DNA of 64,000 nucleotides from Octopus bimaculoides (Eukaryota): positions 38,397,482-38,461,481 of the forward strand of contig NC_068985.1 in NCBI RefSeq assembly GCF_001194135.2, given 5' to 3'. A model generated the notes under the pieces. It worked only from the letters and a program-made list of their open reading frames with translations, was not told where the DNA came from and did no database searches. The translations under genes were made by a program, and so were the position numbers. Every line of letters begins with the position of its first letter. The stretch's first letter is position 1. Below, in pieces: positions 52,708 to 64,000 of the stretch.

Positions 52708-55171
52708 TCATTATTCAGTTTATTTCAACATTTCTTGCCCTTAGAGAAGGAACCGTTTCTAACCTAGATCCAAGGTTCCTTCATTGGAATTTCAACATCA
52801 ACAACAGGGTATTTTTGTTTGCTTGTATGTATGTATGTATGTATGTATGTATGTATGTATGTGTGCAAATTTGTATGTTTTGCTTTATGTATGTATTCTC
52901 ATGCTTATAGTTGCGCGCTCATATATATTTAAATGATAAAGTTCTGGAAAGTTTTGCAGATTTTACAGTTCCAGTGATGGACTGAATCTGTAGTCTTCGA
53001 ATTAGCTTTCTCCTTTCTAGTTTTCAGAAGCTTAATTTCTCCAGGTTGGCATTCAGGCAGTGTGTTTCATATCCCAGGGCCCCAAGAATTACAGGTATAA
53101 ACATGAACTTGTAATCTGGATAGAGTAACTGTATATTTCTGAATAGTTCGGCATAGGTGTCCTCTTTTTCACTGATCTTCAGCTTTATGTTAGCACATTG
53201 AAAAAGTGACACTCAAAAACTATATATTTCGAACGGGAATTTGGCAGCGCCACCTCTAGCCGAACAGTTACTCTGTACCAATGAGGGGAAGTAACCCGGA
53301 AATCGCAATACACAGATATTGTTTTGAGCTGAGTGGGGTTGCTAGATTCCCTTGTTCGAAAATATAAGGATACAAATCGTGTCGTATAGCTAGCTGGAGA
53401 CGATGTCTCCTGGGGCTAAATTACAGCAACATTCGTTCTAAACCAGGACTGCCATGTTATGTTGGCAAATAATCTTTACAACAGGAGTTGCTCTACATTT
53501 ATTCCCGGACAGTCATCTTTTCTTCGAATGACATTGTTTCTTGTTTTTTACAACAACGTCGTGTCATATAGAGAGGTAGTACTTTGATGACATGTTTGGG
53601 CAGCTGCTAATCACATGTGGAATATCTTCCACAGAAATATGACATAATCTACATTTTCATTTGCATCATAGAGCTCCATGGGCTTCAATGTCTCTTATAT
53701 TTATTAGGTAATTGGTGGCAATCTCCTGTTCTTGGTTTGCGAATGCATAGTTTTTGAAGTGTGATGGGATGTAGCAGTCACGAGTCCAAGAGGGGCTTCG
53801 CTTTATGTCAGTGTTACTGACTTCTTCAAGTCTTCGGGAATCACTTGTTTTATATTTGGTGTGTTAAGCTTTTCATATCCGGTCTTCGTTAGGATATTTT
53901 AGTCCGGCTGTTCTGAGATTATAAGGAAGGTCATAAGGAAGAGGATGGCTCCTGAGAAGCTCACTGCCGACACGTAGAATATTGTTCTTTTAACTTTTCA
54001 TCAGTAAGATAATGTTTGTTTTTTATATATTTTTGCTGCTCTTGTTTAGCAAATGCTGTCTGAGAGAGATTATATGATATACTGGGGTTGTCTGCACTGA
54101 TATGAAGGATCTACCTCCTTTATTTCTTCTTAGAGCCTGTCGATATCACTATTTTTGTGGAGATTTGCAGTTGATGTTAGAGTCTTGTGGGTTTTAACGT
54201 CTATAGAGTGAATTTCTTCTACAGACCAGTAAAGTACCACAAATATTGGAATCAGCACTGGTATTGCAAATCCCTTGTGGGATATTGACTTTTTATAAGA
54301 GGGGAGTTCTGACAGCTATATTTTCTAAGTTTGGCATAGGCAGCTCTATCTTTATTATTCACAGTAACTTCATATGATGTGTTTTCATCAATGTTTCATT
54401 CGTGTGTGGAACAGAAGAGATGTTGAGACCATTGAAGCACAGGTTTTCGGTCTGGGACACTGATTTTTCACGTTCAACTATCAAATACGAACCATTCTTT
54501 TGGCCAGATTGGATTCTTGTGTCAGCTGAAAATGTGGTTATTAATTTTAGCTGTTTATTTTTTGTATTGTTAACATATTAACATTAATCTTGAAGTCATC
54601 CACAAAGAAATCATGGGTTCCATTAATATCTCTAGTAGTTGCAGAGCCTAGCATGTAGCCATTTGATTTTTGTTGCAGCTGCAGGAATAAAAATGGATTT
54701 AATACCAAAATAAACAGAATTCCCTTTGAAATATTTGTAACATTGGAGTCGATTTTTCAGTTCTCGGTTTCAAGTGTAAGAATTATTGCTCGGGTCTTTC
54801 TGAGCCTCTCAATGATAGCAAATAAAGTAGCATTACTTCTGCCGAATGCAGATACTTCAGCAGCTATGAGTGGAGAATTGAATTGAGTCAAATGCCTTCC
54901 TATAATCAAGCCTTCGTTTCGCAAGGCTCCTGCGGTGGGGTTTTTTTTATTTCACACAAATCAGCTTGTTTATCAAAAGTTGTTCGGCACATGTCCACAC
55001 TGCCTTTTTCCCATCGGCCTGCTCATCGGTCTGTTCATCAGTCACTATGTTGCTGGAATCAAAATGATCCTGGGGGAATTAGTTGAGGTAGTTTGTGTAC
55101 AGTTTGTACACAATGTTTAGGCAAGAAATGAGCCTATAATTTCCTGCCGACTCGGTGGTTTCATTCTTAGC
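52708..55171 (-). mobile_element. Degenerate 5'-truncated R4/Dong-clade non-LTR retrotransposon (RT, CCHC, RLE)
   Basis: NYRLISCLNIVYKLYT, EQLLINK, DYRKAFDS, THDFFVDDFK (FVDD 54595-54606), CRLCHISVEDIPHVISSC (53600-53653), KEDTYAELFRNIQLLYPDYKFMFIPVILGALG; many stops and frameshifts. Confidence 0.92.
53223..53366. mobile_element. Small TIR-bounded insertion inside the LINE
   Basis: tatat-ttcgaac--gggaatttggc versus the reverse complement of the right end, tatattttcgaacaagggaatctagc. Confidence 0.5.
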
Positions 55172-56321
55172 TATGTATGTATGAATGTATGTACTCATGC
55201 ATGCATGTGTGTATGCATGTATGTGTGTATGTATGTATGTATGTATGTATGTATGTATGTATGTATGTATGCGTGTGTGTGTTGTGCAGGCCTGCATGTA
55301 TACACACATATGTATACATACATGTGTGTATGTGTGTACTTACTAATCTATCTATCTATATTGATATATATGTATGCGTATGTAAATGTATATTTATACA
55401 TGTAATTGTAAAACATACACGCTCACACACATATAAATCATTATATATATATATATATATNNNNNNNNNNNNNNNNNNNNNNNNNNNNNNNNNNNNNNNN
55501 NNNNNNNNNNNNNNNNNNNNNNNNNNNNNNNNNNNNNNNNNNNNNNNNNNNNNNNNNNNNNNNNNNNGCATACAGTGTGTGTAACTTATCAGAGATTAGC
55601 CTGCTATATCCAGGAAATTTAGCAATATTGTGAAAAAAATACCCCATTGTGCCATTGTAGAGTTCTGGAGTCTGGTTTCATATTTTGCAGTTTGGTTCAT
55701 TTATCTTACTTGAATTCTTGATGACATTCTGTAACTTTAAATTACAGTAAGATTTTTTTTTATTGTAACAAGATCTTACAATTGCACGCTTTAAACATTG
55801 CGAATATAATGAGAACTCCTCATGTTTCATGTAGAAGTGGATGGCTGTATATATAACTTAATTGCTATACATTTTGAAATACGGGGAAAATATTTTTCAG
55901 AGAGACTGGGTGAAATGTTGTTCTCTCAGTTAAGGTTTTCACATTCTATCCTCTCGCTCATAAGAAATTAGCGGCCAAAGCATTAGTTTTGCAGCGTTTG
56001 TATCTACCACTAATAATACAAGAACACTATATTTTAGGAATGATACTGCTCAGAGTCAATATTGATATAACTGAAATCTTAGAATATTGATATAAATTCC
56101 AGGCTTGTAGAATAATACCTTCAAAGATAGCGGTGTTTTGAATTTTTGTACTGCAGCATACAAATTCATAAGCTGATACAAACCACCGTAGGTGTTATAC
56201 TATTAACACTACAATATTTATAGCTGTTACACTTCAGGATTTTAATACTTCACCTTTCACTATGCCATAAATCTGTTTATAAGAAGAACAATGGAAACAA
56301 TACTGCGATAATAATAATAAT

Positions 56322-56533
56322 CCTTTCTACTATAAGCACAAGGCCTGAAATTTTGGTGGAGGGGACTAATCGATTACAACGGTCCCAGTGTTTCACTGGT
56401 ACTTAATTTATGAACCTCGAAAGCATGATAGGCAAAGTTGACCTCGGCGGAATTTGAACTCAAAGCGTAAGGACTCGCGAAATACCGCTAAATATTTTGC
56501 CCGGCGTGCTCACGATCCTGCCAGCTCGCCGCC
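56322..56533 (-). mobile_element. SINE family A, full length, in (AAT)n
   Basis: ccagctcgccgcc head; ctttctactataagcacaaggcct tail. Confidence 0.9.
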
Positions 56534-56593
56534 TTAATAATAATGATAATAATGGTTTCAAATTTTAGTACAAGGCACACACTCAAACACACG

Positions 56594-56625
<32 letters not shown>

Positions 56626-56692
56626 CGCACACACATACACACACATGCATACACAAATACACACACATATATACACACATGCACACTCTCTC

Positions 56693-56750
<58 letters not shown>

Positions 56751-57152
56751 AAGATGTAAGCATTTACGCTTGTATGTATGGCTATAAATGTATTCGCTCG
56801 CACGTGTGTCGGCATGTATATCTGTGCGCATATTCTCATGAGTATTAGCACGCATCTATAAGATTATGTGTGATTCCATGTGACTATATTCTAACATGGC
56901 TTCTGAAAATTTCATTAAATTATCGCTAATTTGTTCCGTTAAGTGCTTCAAAATTTGCAATGAGAACGCTCGGGTCATTTTTATAATTTTTAAGAACAAA
57001 ATTTCATCTACTGTGCGTTACTTAGCTCTGAGGCCGCTTACGTATATAAATAATGCACCTCTTCCGTACGATCTTTGCTCCTCTCACGTGATTTTTTCTT
57101 TATCTTTCTCTCTATATTTCTCTCTCTGTCTTTCTCACTCTATCTATGACAG

Positions 57153-57227
57153 AGATGAACAAAATAGCCTGGACGTACTATCAGCAAATGAAGTCATAGA
57201 AAATCTTTTCCCCTGTGTTGGAAAAAG
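57153..57227 (+). CDS. Candidate internal exon (unverified)
   Basis: Long pyrimidine tract ..tatctatgacag| DEQNSLDVLSANEVIENLFPCVGK |GTGAAA, 75 bp, phase 2-2. Confidence 0.3.
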
Positions 57228-57329
57228 GTGAAAACGGAGGCAGCGAATCAAACGAACAAATACAGAAGCATATAATCAAAAGCTGTAATATAAGAATAGA
57301 ACGTATAAAGCGACAAGAGGTTAGGTCGG

Positions 57330-58165
57330 CGAAGAAGAAGAAGAAGAAGAAGAAGAAGAAGAAGAAGAAGAAGAAGAAGAAGAAGAAGAAGNNNNNNNNN
57401 NNNNNNNNNNNNNNNNNNNNNNNNNNNNNNNNNNNNNNNNNNNNNNNNNNNNNNNNNNNNNNNNNNNNNNNNNNNNNNNNNNNNNNNNNNNNNNNNNNNN
57501 NNNNNNNNNNNNNNNNNNNNNNNNNNNNNNNNNNNNNNNNNNNNNNNNNNNNNNNNNNNNNNNNNNNNNNNNNNNNNNNNNNNNNNNNNNNNNNNNNNNN
57601 NNNNNNNNNNNNNNNNNNNNNNNNNNNNNNNNNNNNNNNNNNNNNNNNNNNNNNNNNNNNNNNNNNNNNNNNNNNNNNNNNNNNNNNNNNNNNNNNNNNN
57701 NNNNNNNNNNNNNNNNNNNNNNNNNNNNNNNNNNNNNNNNNNNNNNNNNNNNNNNNNNNNNNNNNNNNNNNNNNNNNNNNNNNNNNNNNNNNNNNNNNNN
57801 NNNNNNNNNNNNNNNNNNNNNNNNNNNNNNNNNNNNNNNNNNNNNNNNNNNNNNNNNNNNNNNNNNNNNNNNNNNNNNNNNNNNNNNNNNNNNNNNNNNN
57901 NNNNNAGGGGGATGAAGGGAGGAGGAGATGAAGGGAGGAGGGGGATGAAGGGATGATGGGGGATAAAGGGAGGAGGGGAGGAGGAAGAAAAGGAGGAGGA
58001 AGAAAAGGAGGTGGAGGAAAAAGAGGAGGAAGAGGAGGAGGACGACGACGACTACGATGGCATCGATGAAAGCAAGGAAATGATATGAAGGACGAGAAGG
58101 AGAATAAAAGAAAGAAAGAAAGAAATGGGGAAAGAAAAGAAGAAAGGCAGAAAAGAAGAAAGAAA
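57330..58165. repeat. (GAA)n and purine-rich low complexity around a gap
   Basis: Read directly. Confidence 0.95.
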
Positions 58166-58299
58166 ACTGCAACGAAGACAAATGATCTAATTAAGCTATC
58201 AGAATATAGTAGTTGGAGCGGGGGGGGGGGGCTTGGAAATTAAACCGCTTTCTAAATTTTCTTAAATTAGCTCTACATCACATCGTAGCATTATATTAA

Positions 58300-58433
58300 A
58301 GATTGAGTCTAAATTCCACCGGGGTCGACAATGCCTTCATCTGTTCGGGTCGATGAAATGAGTACCAGTTGAATACTGGGGTAGGAGTGATCGACTTGCC
58401 CCCTTTCCCGAAATTTCAGACCTTGTAGAAAGG
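58300..58433 (+). mobile_element. SINE family A, old 5'-truncated copy
   Basis: aaattccacc.gggtcgac..gccttcat..gggtcgat.aaatgagtaccagtt.aatactgggg. Confidence 0.7.
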
Positions 58434-58524
58434 TTTATTACTTTAACGATTCGATTTTGATTCTCTGTGTGCCCAATAATTGTTAAGTTAGATTAAAGCA
58501 TAAATCTTGGACACATGTTTGAAA

Positions 58525-58572
58525 AACGAACACATATACAAGGAGAGAGAACACATGTGGGAAGAGAGAGAG

Positions 58573-58603
<31 letters not shown>

Positions 58604-59121
58604 CAGACAGACAAAGATAGAGAACATATGTAGGGAGAGAGATAAAGAGAGAGAGCGAGAGAGATAGACAGACAGTGACAGAGAACATATGTAAGAAGAA
58701 ACGGAACACATAGTAAGAGAGAGAGAGAGAGGGAGACAGACAGACAGACAGACAAACAGAGACAGAGAACATGTGTAAGAAGAGGGAGAACACATGTAGG
58801 AAGTGAGATAGACAGACAGAGACAGAGAACATGTGTAAGAAGAGCGATAATACATGAATACATGTAGGAAGAGTGTGAGAGAGAGAACACATGTAGGAAG
58901 AGAGTGAGAGAAAGAGACAGACAGACAGACGGACAGACAAGACAGAGAACATATGCAAGAAGAGAGAGAGCACATGTAAGAAAAGAGAGACAGAGAGAGA
59001 CAGTCAGACACACAGAGACAGAGAGAGAACACATGTAGGAAGAGAGAGAGACAGAAAGACATTCAAATAGACAAAAAAGAAACAAAGAACATATATAAGA
59101 AGAGGGAGAACACATGTAGGA

Positions 59122-59157
<36 letters not shown>

Positions 59158-59260
59158 ACAGAGTGACAGACAGACAGACAGACAGACAGAGACAGAGAAC
59201 ATATGTAAGAAGCGAGAGAGAGAGAGAGAGAGAGAGAGCACATGTAGGAAGTGAGAGAGA
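58525..59260. repeat. Complex minisatellite built from AGAACA(C/T)ATGTA(A/G)GAAG plus (GA)/(GACA) spacers
   Basis: Motif recurs more than 15 times with variable spacers. Confidence 0.9.
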
Positions 59261-59339
59261 GTAATAATTATGCTAATAATGACCTTATGAACAAGAAAGC
59301 AAATTGATTATTGATTATGTAGATAATCATTGGTAGACG

Positions 59340-59725
59340 ACAAGATTGGTAGAAAATAAGAAAACAAATAAGAGAATTGTGAAGGGAAGAATAAGAGTAA
59401 ATGGTGAGTGAAATTTCTGAAGGAATTTAAATAAAGAAGTCTGAAACGGAAATGCTTAAGGGATGAGCTGAAGAAGAAAAACAAGGAGAAGTCGGAAGAA
59501 AAAAAAAAGCAGTGGAAAAAAACAAAAAAGGTAGGGAAAGCAGGGGAAAAGAAAGTTTTCTTAAAACACGCAGATGAGGAAGGAGATGGGAAAAGTAGAG
59601 AGAGAGGAAAAAAGGAAGGTAGAGGGAGGAGAAAAAAAGAAGGATTTTCAGGAGTNNNNNNNNNNCAAAATGAAGAAAAAATGTAAAGAAACGAAAAAGG
59701 AAAATGAAGAAACAAAGATGAAAGC

Positions 59726-59779
<54 letters not shown>

Positions 59780-60015
59780 GTGGTGGTGAAACAAGAAGAA
59801 TTGGAGAACAAGAAGTAAAGAAATAAAGAAATAAAGAAGTAAAAAAGAAAAAAGGGTGACATGAATAAGAAGAAAAAGAAAGAAAAGGAGGAGATGAGAC
59901 GGAAAGGTGGAGGAGAAGAAGAAGAAGAAGAAGAAGAAGAAGAAGAAGAAGAAGAACAACAACAACAACAACAACAACAACAATAACAGCAACAGCAGCA
60001 GCAGCAACAGCATTA
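59340..60015. repeat. GA-rich low complexity with (AAT)n, (GAA)n, (CAA)n
   Basis: Read directly. Confidence 0.93.
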
Positions 60016-60366
60016 AAGAAATAAATAAAGTACCAGTCAAGAATAGGTTCTGATTTAATCCTTTGCTTCGCTCAAATTTCAGGACTCAGATCTCTATGAA
60101 AACCAATTTTTGTTGCTATTAGGGATAACGAATTGTCTGAAGCATTAGATCGCCGGATTAAATGGTTGTCAGTATTTCCATTTTCACTTTAATGATATGA
60201 CTGGCCGATTTAGCATTTCGTTTTTTCCCCACAATGATTAATAAATTACCTGCCAAGTAATGTGGTGCAGTCCATTACGTAATTTTCTTTCTCATAACAA
60301 ATTTGAAGTTACATTATTTAAATTATTTACATTCGACGAATATTTGTTCTCGTCTTGTTTGTTGTT

Positions 60367-60412
60367 AACACAACGTTTCAGCTGATATACCCTCCAGCCT
60401 TCTTCAAATGTC
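60367..60412 (-). ncRNA. Hammerhead motif in left arm with C3-to-U change
   Basis: gacau-UUGAAGA-a-GGCUG-gagggauau-like loop-CAGCU-GAAAC-GUU-GUGUu; core mutated. Confidence 0.45.
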
Positions 60413-60540
60413 TTGGGGAAATTTTGAACCTGGGTTCTCATTCCTAAGTTATTTCGCAATGTTATCATTATTATTATTATTATTATTATAACATTGAACA
60501 ATCCCTTAGGAATGAGAACCCAGGTTCGAAATTTCCCGTA

Positions 60541-60586
60541 GACACCTGAAGAATGCTGGAGGGTACATCAGCCGAAACGTTGTGTT
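60541..60586 (+). ncRNA. Minimal type I hammerhead ribozyme motif in right arm
   Basis: GACAC-CUGAAGA-au-GCUG-gagggUacau-CAGC-c-GAAAC-GUU-GUGUU; stem I ACAC/GUGU, palindromic stem III AACGUU. Confidence 0.7.
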
Positions 60587-60879
60587 AACAACAAACAAGA
60601 TGAGGACAAATATCCGTCGAATGTAAATAATGTAAATAATTCAAATAATGAAATAATTCCTCATCTCTTAAATATAGAAGTGAAATTTGAAGTTACTTTC
60701 GATGGTGAAAGATTTTACCAACTGTACTTGATGCTATGTTGTTGTTAAACATGTCCACCAAATTTTTGTAACTAATAAAGTACTCTCTGGGTCCTAGGAC
60801 ACATAACGCCAGTTACCCGGCATAAGTGACCAAGATCGCAATATCTTCTCTGAACGAGAAGTCAGTCCGTCGGAGGGTT

Positions 60880-61035
60880 CTTCATTTGCAGCTGAGTAGA
60901 ATGGAGTAACAGGAAATGAAGTGTTTTGCTCAGGAATGCAACGCACCGCCCGTTTCGGGAATTGTAACCACGATCTTGCGATCCCTATTGCAAAACCCAA
61001 ATCGACCAATCTCCAGTGGCCACGAGCCTATACTC
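60880..61035 (-). mobile_element. SINE family C, old 5' part
   Basis: cagctgagt.ga.tggag.aac..gaaatgaagtgttttgctca.gaa..caacgc..gggaatt.taaccacgatctt. Confidence 0.7.
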
Positions 61036-62994
61036 ACGTTGTATAACCATCGTCATATATGAACTAGGAAACTAAGAAATCATTGTACATAAGTATTGGT
61101 CTGCATTATCATTCGCTCTTTATTCTCGTCCTTCTCAAAAAACCACCACCACCACCACCACTACCACCATCATCATATCCGTTTACTTTTCTTCCTGGGC
61201 GTTATCGCCGAAATCATCGCCTGCAGAAAGAAAAAAAACAGAGAAAAAAAAATGTAGCATTAACTGTATACATATCTTCACTTTTAATACGTGCATATAT
61301 ATAATGCATAGAATGAATTATTATACAGTAATTTAATGCTATTTCTTTCTTACATATCACTTAGGCACGCTATATCGTCTAGCGGTATTTCCCCTTCTTA
61401 ACTAACTGGATTACATGTTTCCAGTTTCCCCCCAGACGTTATGCTAACTTACACAGGCGCATAAACAAGCGCGCTTTCACATTAATAGTACACACACACA
61501 TACACACAGGGGTAAGCACACGTATTATTTACAATTCCATATTTACATTATCTGTTACATTATCTCAATGTTTTCATGGCTGTGGTTTCAGCTAAAGAAA
61601 ATATCGACAGGGTTTACTTTGAAAACGAGAAGGGTTGTACAACGTCTGTCGTTTCTACGCTTGGCTACACATTTAAATGAGAGAATGCACGGTGCATGTG
61701 TGTGTTAATTGGTGATGTTGAAGATGTACTTAACTGCGGGAAATATGAAGAACTCAAGTTTCTATATTTCTGAAAGGAATCTAAATTCTTTGCATTTTTA
61801 TAATGTTCACAAACTAAAATTCTCTTTGATTGTAAGATGAAGGAGTGTATTATATGAGTGACGAAATAGCTCTGTTAAATACATGTGTGTATGTTTGTGT
61901 ATGAGCGTGTTCGAGTATGTGTGTACCTGTGTGTGCGCGTTTGCGTGTGCCATTGTACAAATTAATCAGAATAGTTGGTCTCTGTATAGCCATAGCCATG
62001 ATGTCAACTGTTGTGAGAGAGAGGAGTGGGGTCTCAATTTTTAAATGGAAACCCCATTAACTGTATAATTTGTGAAAAACAAAATGAGTGTTAAATAATA
62101 ATTAGATTTGCATAGGACTGCGGGGTATGTGTTCTCCTGAATCTGCAGAGCCCGCCTTGACTACGGGGGTGCTTTCATTTATTGCAACCCCAGGTGCTAA
62201 GTAGTAGTTTTGTGTCTACTTAGAGCTGAATGGACGACACCATTACTCACTTAACTCATGATTAATTAGTGCACTTAACCTCGAGCTGTTATTAATAAAA
62301 AAGCCATCTATGTACCATACTAAATGCATATGAACTGTTCATAGACCAGCTACTACGGTATACGTCCAGAAATAACATCTCTTTTGGTTGAAGTGCGTTG
62401 AAAGCACAATAAATATCGGAGCGAGACGAAAAATCTCTTTGTCAACTGCCAGCGAAAATGCCAGACGCATTTCGGCCATTTTAGATTTTTCCAATGAAGT
62501 ATATTCGCAGCTAGCCACATGATATGATGAGAGTTTATCATCTCAATAGAAAATGGTAAATAAAATCCTCACTGGTGTTACGAAATCTAAATCAGCTTGA
62601 TCCATTAGAGTATTAATCTAAGGTGTTTCATCAATGACCAGTTAGTTTTTTTTTATAGACATATTTCTTGGATTACACCATAGACGATTCATGCTAACGA
62701 TTCTGCCAGCTTGGCACCTTCTTATCAATATAATGAACACTAGTAACGTAGTGTTCTTGACAAAATGAAACGTAGAAACAATTGAAAATATTTATGGTCA
62801 GTACATTAACTCTTTCGCATTCAGAATACTCTGTGAAATACTTATTTATTCACTTTGTTTTGAATTAATCATGAATTATCTCATAGACATTATATTTCAA
62901 TTTTGTGATTGTTTAATTTTAGAAAAACATTGTAAGATGGGTGTGAGAGTTTGGATCTGGCCAATTTCAACAAAAAACTACTAAGATATCTGAG

Positions 62995-63227
62995 ACAGAT
63001 ATGACAGTGTGACAAGGCTGACCCTTTGAATTACAGGCACAACAGAAACAGGAAGTAAGAGTGAGAGAAAGTTGTGGTGAAAGAGTACACCAGGGTTCGC
63101 CACCATCCCCTGCCGGAGCCTCGTGGTGCTTTAGGTGTTTTCGCTCAATAAACACTCACAACGCCCGACAAGGGAATCGAAACTGTGATCCTATGACCGC
63201 GAGTCCGCTGCCCTAACCGCCTCCACA
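62995..63227 (-). mobile_element. SINE family D, 3'-truncated
   Basis: High identity to 19990-20227. Confidence 0.88.
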
Positions 63228-63928
63228 TACATATATATACATACATACATACATACATACATACATGAATATATGTATATGCGCANNNNNNNNNNNNNNN
63301 NNNNNNNNNNNNNNNNNNNNNNNNNNNNNNNNNNNNNNNNNNNNNNNNNNNNNNNNNNNNNNNNNNNNNNNNNNNNNNNNNNNNNNNNNNNNNNNNNNNN
63401 NNNNNNNNNNNNNNNNNNNNNNNNNNNNNNNNNNNNNNNNNNNNNNNNNNNNNNNNNNNNNNNNNNNNNNNNNNNNNNNNNNNNNNNNNNNNNNNNNNNN
63501 NNNNNNNNNNNNNNNNNNNNNNNNNNNNNNNNNNNNNNNNNNNNNNNNNNNNNNNNNNNNNNNNNNNNNNNNNNNNNNNNNNNNNNNNNNNNNNNNNNNN
63601 NNNNNNNNNNNNNNNNNNNNNNNNNNNNNNNNNNNNNNNNNNNNNNNNNNNNNNNNNNNNNNNNNNNNNNNNNNNNNNNNNNNNNNNNNNNNNNNNNNNN
63701 NNNNNNNNNNNNNNNNNNNNNNNNNNNNNNNNNNNNNNNNNNNNNNNNNNNNNNNNNNNNNNNNNNNNNNNNNNNNNNNNNNNNNNNNNNNNNNNNNNNN
63801 NNNNNNNNNNNNNNNNNNNNNNNNNNNNNNNNNNNNNNNNNNNNNNNNNCACCTCCTCTTCCTCCACCCCTGCCGCTTTCTCCTCCACCTCCGCCTCTTC
63901 CTCCTCCTGCTCCTACTCCACCCCAGCG

Positions 63929-63970
<42 letters not shown>

Positions 63971-64000
63971 CCAAAATCATCGAAATCATCACTATCATCG

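Larger units (their letters stand above)
60313..60682. mobile_element. Fold-back Penelope-like element, two inverted ~150-bp arms around (ATT)n
   Basis: Arms about 60313-60466 and 60489-60640; exact 14-bp flanking direct repeat aaatttgaagttac at 60299-60312 and 60683-60696. Confidence 0.85.

Noticed and set aside
62353-62541. Trp-rich ORF or alternative frame MAEMRLAFSLAV as a first exon
   Set aside because: No convincing donor site or homology.

Overview
AT-rich eukaryotic draft-assembly DNA with 25 N-gaps (about 8 kb, ~13%) and very dense microsatellites. The SINE repertoire and repeat density strongly suggest a coleoid cephalopod, probably Octopus (inference, not a database hit). I cannot support any complete protein-coding gene: almost all ORFs in the track are microsatellite or N artefacts, and only a few exon-like segments remain as candidates. 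The window is dominated by mobile DNA: four tRNA-derived SINE families (my labels A-D, ~20 copies, several with exact TSDs), R4/Dong-clade LINE fragments inserted in (AAT)n and (TACA)n arrays, an RTE-like 3' end with a C2H2 finger, a Tx1/L1-like 3' UTR, Tc1/mariner remnants and MITEs, and two families of Penelope-like inverted repeats. Most notable observations: (1) minimal type I hammerhead ribozyme motifs with palindromic stem III in the Penelope-like repeats, including a 370-bp fold-back element with a 14-bp TSD and one hammerhead per arm; (2) a SINE trimer under one 15-bp TSD whose two internal junctions both use an AGAA head/tail microhomology, suggesting serial RT template jumping; (3) microsatellite-targeted R4-clade LINEs, including an apparent (TACA)n-associated family; (4) an octamer/CCAAT-rich inverted repeat and solo-LTR-like region; (5) a 237-bp exon-like segment with one stop codon or frameshift.
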